64,000 bases of DNA, from contig CACYPK010000005.1 of the NCBI GenBank assembly GCA_902776285.1, positions 15,405 to 79,404 on the forward strand, read 5' to 3'. Under the pieces are notes generated by a model, which was not told where the DNA came from, ran no database searches, and saw nothing but the letters and a program-made list of their open reading frames with translations. A program made the position numbers and the translations under genes. Source of the DNA: an uncultured Eubacteriales bacterium (GTDB taxonomy: Bacteria > Bacillota > Clostridia > Peptostreptococcales > Anaerovoracaceae). Positions 59,061 to 64,000 of this stretch are shown here, one piece after another. Position 1 is the stretch's first letter. Each line of letters begins with the position of its first letter.

Positions 59061-59093
59061 TCGTTTTTATCGTGAGGATGGTTTTATATCCTC

Positions 59094-59645
59094 TTATTTC
59101 GCCTTCTGCTTGCGGCCGATCTCAAGACCCATCCTGAACGCTTCAACGTTAGGTGCGATCAGTTTCTCTTTCTTGGCAAACTTGTGAGCGATGCCCTTTT
59201 CGATAACTTCCGCCGGAACAGCGTCAGTCGCTCCGACGTAAACGCCGAGCATGATGACGTTGAGAGCCCTCGGGTTTCCGATGTCGATGGACATCTGTGT
59301 TACAGGCGCCTCGATGACGTTGATGTCGTCTCTGTCGATAGGGTCTGTAACGATCGTGCTGTTAACAAACAGGTTTCCGCCCGGCTTGAGGTTGTCAATA
59401 AACTTATGCAGCGATGGTCCGTTCATTACCACGAGGTCCTCGAGGCTGTAGCTTACAGGAGCTCCGATCGGATCATCCGAAATAACGACATAGCAGTTAG
59501 CCGTGCCGCCTCTCATGGCAGCTCCGTATGAAGGGAAGAATGTGACGTTGAGGTCAGTGGCCTGCGAAGTAGCTTCCGCAAGGAGTTTGCCCATCGTCAT
59601 GACTCCCTGTCCGCCGAATCCGGCGATCATAAGATTTCTTTCCAT
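59094..59645 (-). CDS. 2-oxoacid:ferredoxin oxidoreductase, gamma subunit
   Basis: IAGFGGQGVMTMGKLLA...GAAMRGGTANC. Confidence 0.9.
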   Translation of the reverse strand: MERNLMIAGFGGQGVMTMGKLLAEATSQATDLNVTFFPSYGAAMRGGTANCYVVISDDPIGAPVSYSLEDLVVMNGPSLHKFIDNLKPGGNLFVNSTIVTDPIDRDDINVIEAPVTQMSIDIGNPRALNVIMLGVYVGATDAVPAEVIEKGIAHKFAKKEKLIAPNVEAFRMGLEIGRKQKAK

Positions 59646-59655
59646 GGTTTACCTC

Positions 59656-60417
59656 CTATTGTTTCTTCTCTCCGCCGTCTCTGAACACTCCGAGAGGATA
59701 TTCAGCGAACATCTTCTCTCTGAGGAAGTCGAGCGACTTGAGCGGGTCGAGCCCCCAGTTGGTCGGGCAGCTTGTGACGATCTCAACGATCGAATAGCCC
59801 TTGCCCTCGAGCTGGTACTTGAATGCCTTCTTGATGGCGTTCCTTGCCTTGATGACGTTCTGCGGTGTATCGCAGCTGACTCTCTCGATGTAGTAAGGAG
59901 CCGTAAGCTGGTTGATGATCTCGCTCATGTGCATCGGATAGCCGTGCTCTTCAGGATTACGGCCACCCGGTGTCGTCGTGGACTTCATGCCTACGAGCGT
60001 TGTAGGAGCCATCTGACCGCCTGTCATGCCGTAGATGCCGTTGTTTACGAAGATGACTGTGAAGTTCTCGCCTCTGTTGGCAGCTGAGAGTGTCTCAGCG
60101 AGTCCGATGGCCGCGAGGTCTCCGTCACCCTGGTATGTGTAAACCAGTGAGTTCGGGGACGATCTCTTGATGCCTGTGGCAACAGCGCCCGCTCTGCCGT
60201 GAGCCGCGATGGTCTCATCGCATGTCACGTAGAACTGACCGAGTCCGCAGCATCCTACGCCCTCTACTCTTACGAGGTTGTCGAGCTGTCCGAGCTCTTC
60301 GGCAGCCTCACCGATGATCTTGTGGATCGTGCTGTGCATGCAGCCCGGGCAGAATCCGGATACCGCGCCTTCGATGATACCTTTGGTCCTGGTATAGACT
60401 TTTTTTTCTTCAGCCAT
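59656..60417 (-). CDS. 2-oxoacid:ferredoxin oxidoreductase, beta (TPP-binding) subunit
   Basis: FCPGCMHSTI...GDGD...NNGIYGMTGGQ. Confidence 0.9.
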   Translation of the reverse strand: MAEEKKVYTRTKGIIEGAVSGFCPGCMHSTIHKIIGEAAEELGQLDNLVRVEGVGCCGLGQFYVTCDETIAAHGRAGAVATGIKRSSPNSLVYTYQGDGDLAAIGLAETLSAANRGENFTVIFVNNGIYGMTGGQMAPTTLVGMKSTTTPGGRNPEEHGYPMHMSEIINQLTAPYYIERVSCDTPQNVIKARNAIKKAFKYQLEGKGYSIVEIVTSCPTNWGLDPLKSLDFLREKMFAEYPLGVFRDGGEKKQ

Positions 60418-61496
60418 TACAGCACCTCCTTAATGAATTCTTTTGCGCCCTTCAGCACCTGATCGTTGGTCAGCAGCTGACCGCCGGATCTGAGCACTTC
60501 GTGGACCGGGCACTTGCCCTGTATCGCGTAGTCGATGTCCCATCTCATCTGAGCAGGGATCGACATCTCTACGTCGATGATGCCCTTAACTCTGTTGAAG
60601 TCAAGGTTTTTGAATGTGTCATAAGGGAACGGCGAGATCGTGATCGGTCTGATCATTCCGGCCTTGATGCCCTCTGCGCGGAGCTGTCTGATGACCGCTC
60701 TGGAGATACGCGCGCTGATGCCGTATGCCGCGAATACGATCTCGGCATCGTCCATCATGTACTCCTCTACTCTGACGTCCTTATCCCATGTCTCATACAT
60801 GGCCGCGGCGTCGATGTTGACCTTTTCCTGGCCGTCGCCTACCGATCCCGGTCTGCAGAACGCTTGCTGTCCAAGAGGGTGTCCAACGATAGCTCTGTCA
60901 GCGAATTTTGCTCTGCATGCCGCGAGTTCTTCGTCTGTCTTCATCGGCGGAAGCACTACAGGCTCCATCATGGTGCCCATTACTCCGTCTGTGAGGACGA
61001 GCACAGGGTTCTGGTCTCTCTCTGCGAGGTCATAAGCCTCATAGACCATGTCGACGCACTCCTGGACCGAATCCGGAGCGAGTACGATCATTCTGAATCC
61101 GCCGTTGCCGGATGCCTTCGTAGCCTGCAGGTAGTCCTGCTGGGCCGGCTGGATGGCTCCGATTCCCGGGCCGCCTCTCTGTACGTTTACGTAGACCATA
61201 GGGATACGTGCCGACGCGCAGTACGAAACGCCTTCGCTGTAGAGTGAGATTCCGCATGACGAGGACGAGCTCATCGCTCTGATTCCTGTCGAAGCAGCGC
61301 CGTACAGCATGTTGACGGAAGCAACTTCGCTCTCGCCCTGTACGAATGTGCCGCCTACTTCAGGAAGCCTTCTTGCCATGTACTCAGGGATCTCGTTCTG
61401 AGGAGTGATAGGGTAGCCTGCGAAGAAGCGGCAGCCTGCTCTTACAGCAGCCTCAGCTATCGCTTCTGTTCCTTTCATGAATACTCTTTCTGCCAT
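60417..61496 (-). CDS. 2-oxoacid:ferredoxin oxidoreductase, alpha subunit
   Basis: MAERVFMKGTEAIAEAAVRAGCRFFAGYPITPQNEI. The start is at ATG 61496 with AAAGGAG upstream. Confidence 0.9.
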   Translation of the reverse strand: MAERVFMKGTEAIAEAAVRAGCRFFAGYPITPQNEIPEYMARRLPEVGGTFVQGESEVASVNMLYGAASTGIRAMSSSSSCGISLYSEGVSYCASARIPMVYVNVQRGGPGIGAIQPAQQDYLQATKASGNGGFRMIVLAPDSVQECVDMVYEAYDLAERDQNPVLVLTDGVMGTMMEPVVLPPMKTDEELAACRAKFADRAIVGHPLGQQAFCRPGSVGDGQEKVNIDAAAMYETWDKDVRVEEYMMDDAEIVFAAYGISARISRAVIRQLRAEGIKAGMIRPITISPFPYDTFKNLDFNRVKGIIDVEMSIPAQMRWDIDYAIQGKCPVHEVLRSGGQLLTNDQVLKGAKEFIKEVL

Positions 61497-61510
61497 ATCG
61501 ATCTCCTTTC

Positions 61511-61714
61511 TTATCTCCACACCTCTATCGCGGACTCAGGGCAGATCTGGGCGCACATCGCACATCCGATGCAGTCCTCAGGTCTAGCGGAAGTCGCGTA
61601 GAGATATCCCTTGGAGTTAACTTTCTCGCCGATCTCGAGGCACTTCTTAGGGCACGAGATGACGCAGTAGGAGCATGATTTGCAGGCTTCGGTCGTGATT
61701 TCGATTCTTGCCAT
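61511..61714 (-). CDS. 2-oxoacid:ferredoxin oxidoreductase, delta (2x[4Fe-4S]) subunit
   Basis: 67 aa with CKSCSYCVISCP and CIGCAMCAQICP. Confidence 0.88.
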   Translation of the reverse strand: MARIEITTEACKSCSYCVISCPKKCLEIGEKVNSKGYLYATSARPEDCIGCAMCAQICPESAIEVWR

Positions 61715-61750
61715 TAATATTCCTCCTTCTTAGCAATATCTTGGTTTATT

Positions 61751-62452
61751 CTAATCAACCCACGAGTAGGTCAGGAAGAGGTCGAGCGGCACCAGAGACT
61801 TGTCCGTCATCGCCTTCACGTCTTCGTAGATCTCTCTTCTGACGCAGGCGCTGTTCACGACAGTGAAGCCGTCGAAAAGTTCGTCGATCCTGTCCAGTCC
61901 TTCCATGAATTCATTAACTGATGTAGCGTATCCGATATTCGGATTCCCGAGAATATATATGTGGTCGAGCCTCATGGACCCGAGTATGTGTCGCATCGTG
62001 CCGTCGATCGTGTCGACGCTTCTTGTCCACGGTCTGTACGGATTTACGATGTAGACCGGAACCGCGTCATCCTTGCTCAGAAGATCGCTGTACGCGCCCG
62101 CGAACTTGGCCGCCTGATGGCCTCCGCCTATGTCGAGCAGCGTGTAGTGATCGGAGATGAGCGACACTCTGACTCCGCCTACCATGACAGGAGCGTCAAG
62201 ATACTGATCCTGATAGATGATGTTCACTCCCCTTTTCGCGAAATCCTGCTGCATGTCGCGCGACCTGTAGAGCGGCTTCGTCTGATCGAGGTCGAAAAGG
62301 TCGACCTGTTTGCCGGTCTTTTGCGCGAGCTTATTGGCTATGTTGAGGATTATTTCGCTCTTGCCCGAGCCCGCTTCACCGATGAAGACGAAATTCTTTT
62401 TCTCGTCCATCAGCTGTTCAAATGTCTTGTCTGCTTCGTAAAAGAGTCCCAT
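61751..62452 (-). CDS. Uncharacterised SIMIBI-class P-loop NTPase (GPN-loop/CooC-like)
   Basis: 233 aa. Walker A GEAGSGKS, then DLDQTKP and LLDIGGGHQ resembling the switch regions of MinD/GPN-type NTPases. It lies 36 nt upstream of the oxidoreductase delta subunit. Confidence 0.55.
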   Translation of the reverse strand: MGLFYEADKTFEQLMDEKKNFVFIGEAGSGKSEIILNIANKLAQKTGKQVDLFDLDQTKPLYRSRDMQQDFAKRGVNIIYQDQYLDAPVMVGGVRVSLISDHYTLLDIGGGHQAAKFAGAYSDLLSKDDAVPVYIVNPYRPWTRSVDTIDGTMRHILGSMRLDHIYILGNPNIGYATSVNEFMEGLDRIDELFDGFTVVNSACVRREIYEDVKAMTDKSLVPLDLFLTYSWVD

Positions 62453-62612
62453 TTTGTTTATCTTACAAAAACAGCTGTCCCCTTGTCCCGGAACAGCTTG
62501 ATTCTATATTACCCGTTGGTATTGATTTTTGCTAATTATTTATACATTATTATGAGCGGTTTTGCAAGTAAAGATTGTGTGAAGAGCGCGGTCCGTATGG
62601 TATCATAGATGC

Positions 62613-63881
62613 ATGAAGATCCTGAGTATTACAGCGCAAAAGCCGCATTCCACGGGGAGCGGCACATATCTGACAGAGCTGGTAAGATCCTTTGACCGCA
62701 TGGGACACAGGCAGGCCGTAGTATGCGGCATATTCCCTTCGGACAGTGTGGACTTTCCGGACTGTGTCGCGTGCTATCCGGTCTTTTTCAGTGAGACCGG
62801 GAACCAGGCGCCTTATCTCGCGGCGCCGTGCAAGGCAAAGGACGGGCCTATCAAGACACTTCCTTTCCCTGTCGTCGGCATGTCGGACATAATGCCTTAC
62901 GAGTCGACCAGGTACCGCGATCTGACACCGGACATGGTATCGCAGTTTGAGGACGCGTTCATGAGCGCGGTCAGCCGCGCTGTTGAAGATCTCGACCCCG
63001 ACCTTATTGTGTGTCATCACCTCTTTCTGCTGACTGCTCTTGTAAGGAAGCATTTCCCGGGCAGAAAGATCGCCGGCATATCGCACGGAACTGACCTGAG
63101 GCAGATGGTAAACTGCGCGAACCTGCGGGATATGGTTAGGCCGTATATAAAGGATATAGATATGGCGCTGGCTCTGCATGATGAGCAGCGCGACCGTATC
63201 ATGGAATTGTTCGGCATGGACGGGTCTAAGGTTGCCGTCATCGGAAGCGGCTATAACGACAGACTGTTCAACACGGAAGGCAGAATGGAGCGGAAGCCCG
63301 GAGAGCCGGTCAGGATATGTTACGCCGGCAAGATAAGCAGGCCGAAAGGCGTGCCCGAGATGCTTGCCGCCCTCTCAATGCTTGCCGGGGACGATGAGGT
63401 GCCGCCTTTTGAACTGACCATGGCCGGCGGCTGTCAGGATGAAGTCCTGAAGGATAAGCTCGACGGGCTTCCGGACTACGCCACGTGGCTCGGGCAGATC
63501 CCGCAGCCCGCCCTGGCGGAGCTGCTGCGCCGGACGGACGTCTTTGTCCTTCCGTCGTATTTCGAAGGTCTGCCTCTTGTACTGATAGAAGCCATGGCGT
63601 CCGGCGCGGTTCCTGTCAGCACCGATCTGCCCGGCGTCAAGGACTGGATCGACGCGAACGTCATCCGGCCAAACGTGATCTATGTTCCGATGCCCGAGAT
63701 GAAAAGCATTGACCGGCCTACCGAAACCGGGCGGAGCGCATTTGTAGACGATCTTGCTTCTGCCCTAAAAAGAGCCATCACAGGATTTGGGTCAGGCACA
63801 CTCCCGGGTGCTAAGCCGGATACATCAGCCATAACATGGGATGGCGTCGCCAAGCGATTGCTGTCTCTTTGCCGCCCGTAA
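62613..63881 (+). CDS. Glycosyltransferase, GT-B fold (GT4-like)
   Basis: 422 aa with a C-terminal ...VFVLPSYFEGLPLVLIEAMASGAVPVSTD... EX7E-type motif. No SD sequence precedes the ATG. Confidence 0.8.
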   Translation: MKILSITAQKPHSTGSGTYLTELVRSFDRMGHRQAVVCGIFPSDSVDFPDCVACYPVFFSETGNQAPYLAAPCKAKDGPIKTLPFPVVGMSDIMPYESTRYRDLTPDMVSQFEDAFMSAVSRAVEDLDPDLIVCHHLFLLTALVRKHFPGRKIAGISHGTDLRQMVNCANLRDMVRPYIKDIDMALALHDEQRDRIMELFGMDGSKVAVIGSGYNDRLFNTEGRMERKPGEPVRICYAGKISRPKGVPEMLAALSMLAGDDEVPPFELTMAGGCQDEVLKDKLDGLPDYATWLGQIPQPALAELLRRTDVFVLPSYFEGLPLVLIEAMASGAVPVSTDLPGVKDWIDANVIRPNVIYVPMPEMKSIDRPTETGRSAFVDDLASALKRAITGFGSGTLPGAKPDTSAITWDGVAKRLLSLCRP

Positions 63882-63919
63882 AGCGGCTCATATAAAATCA
63901 AAGGAGAATGTTTACAGAA

Positions 63920-64000
63920 ATGAGTAACAAATTTACTTTTTACCCTCAGGGAGTTTGCTCGATGATGATAGAAATAGAACTCGACGGAGACATAATAAAA
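63920..64000 (+). CDS. TSCPD-domain protein (TIGR03905-like), N-terminal 27 aa only, running off the window
   Basis: Manual translation gives MSNKFTFYPQGVCSMMIEIELDGDIIK, which matches the characteristic start of TIGR03905-family proteins. AAGGAG lies upstream. Confidence 0.55.
   Translation, partial: MSNKFTFYPQGVCSMMIEIELDGDIIK

Noticed and set aside
62598-62615. A possible leaderless mRNA for the glycosyltransferase, with TATCAT 7 nt before the ATG and no SD sequence.
   Set aside because: There is no convincing -35 element at proper spacing, and a single -10-like hexamer is weak evidence. It is noted only in the feature evidence.

Overview
This is a 64-kb chromosomal segment that looks like an anaerobic Firmicutes/Clostridia-type genome. 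The clues are CIRCE-controlled groES-groEL, Rex, a type III glutamine synthetase, a ferredoxin-dependent four-subunit 2-oxoacid oxidoreductase and an ECF-type RibU behind an FMN riboswitch. I can support about 60 protein genes, most on the minus strand. I found no rRNA, tRNA, CRISPR array, transposase or integrase. Most of the content is core metabolism and housekeeping. There is a striking run of nitrogen, nucleotide and sulfur-amino-acid genes: glnN-asnB-pyrG, carB, metY/metA, guaA, and guaB followed by a second guaA that has only the ATP-pyrophosphatase domain. The t6A genes tsaE-tsaB-rimI-tsaD are present, and a long co-oriented array runs metG-tatD-tilS-ftsH-pucR-coaX-dusB. Accessory-looking parts are a hipBA toxin-antitoxin pair with three regularly spaced palindromic operators, a HisD-family dehydrogenase next to a NitT/TauT-type ABC importer and a LysR regulator, and a DUF5131 (phage Gp37/Gp68-like) Fe-S protein sitting among yhbY and two phosphatases. 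There are also two unusual P-loop proteins. I did not find a clear new multi-gene defence-type system. The most interesting unexplained signals are non-coding. The first is a roughly 68-nt two-hairpin repeat, present twice, that in both copies starts exactly on the TAA stop codon of the upstream minus-strand gene and shows compensatory base-pair changes between copies. The second is a closed multi-branch RNA structure with mutually exclusive hairpins between asnB and pyrG. The third is a roughly 290-nt structured, terminator-capped region downstream of carB. All product calls come from reading the translated ORFs against family motifs I recognise; no database search was run.
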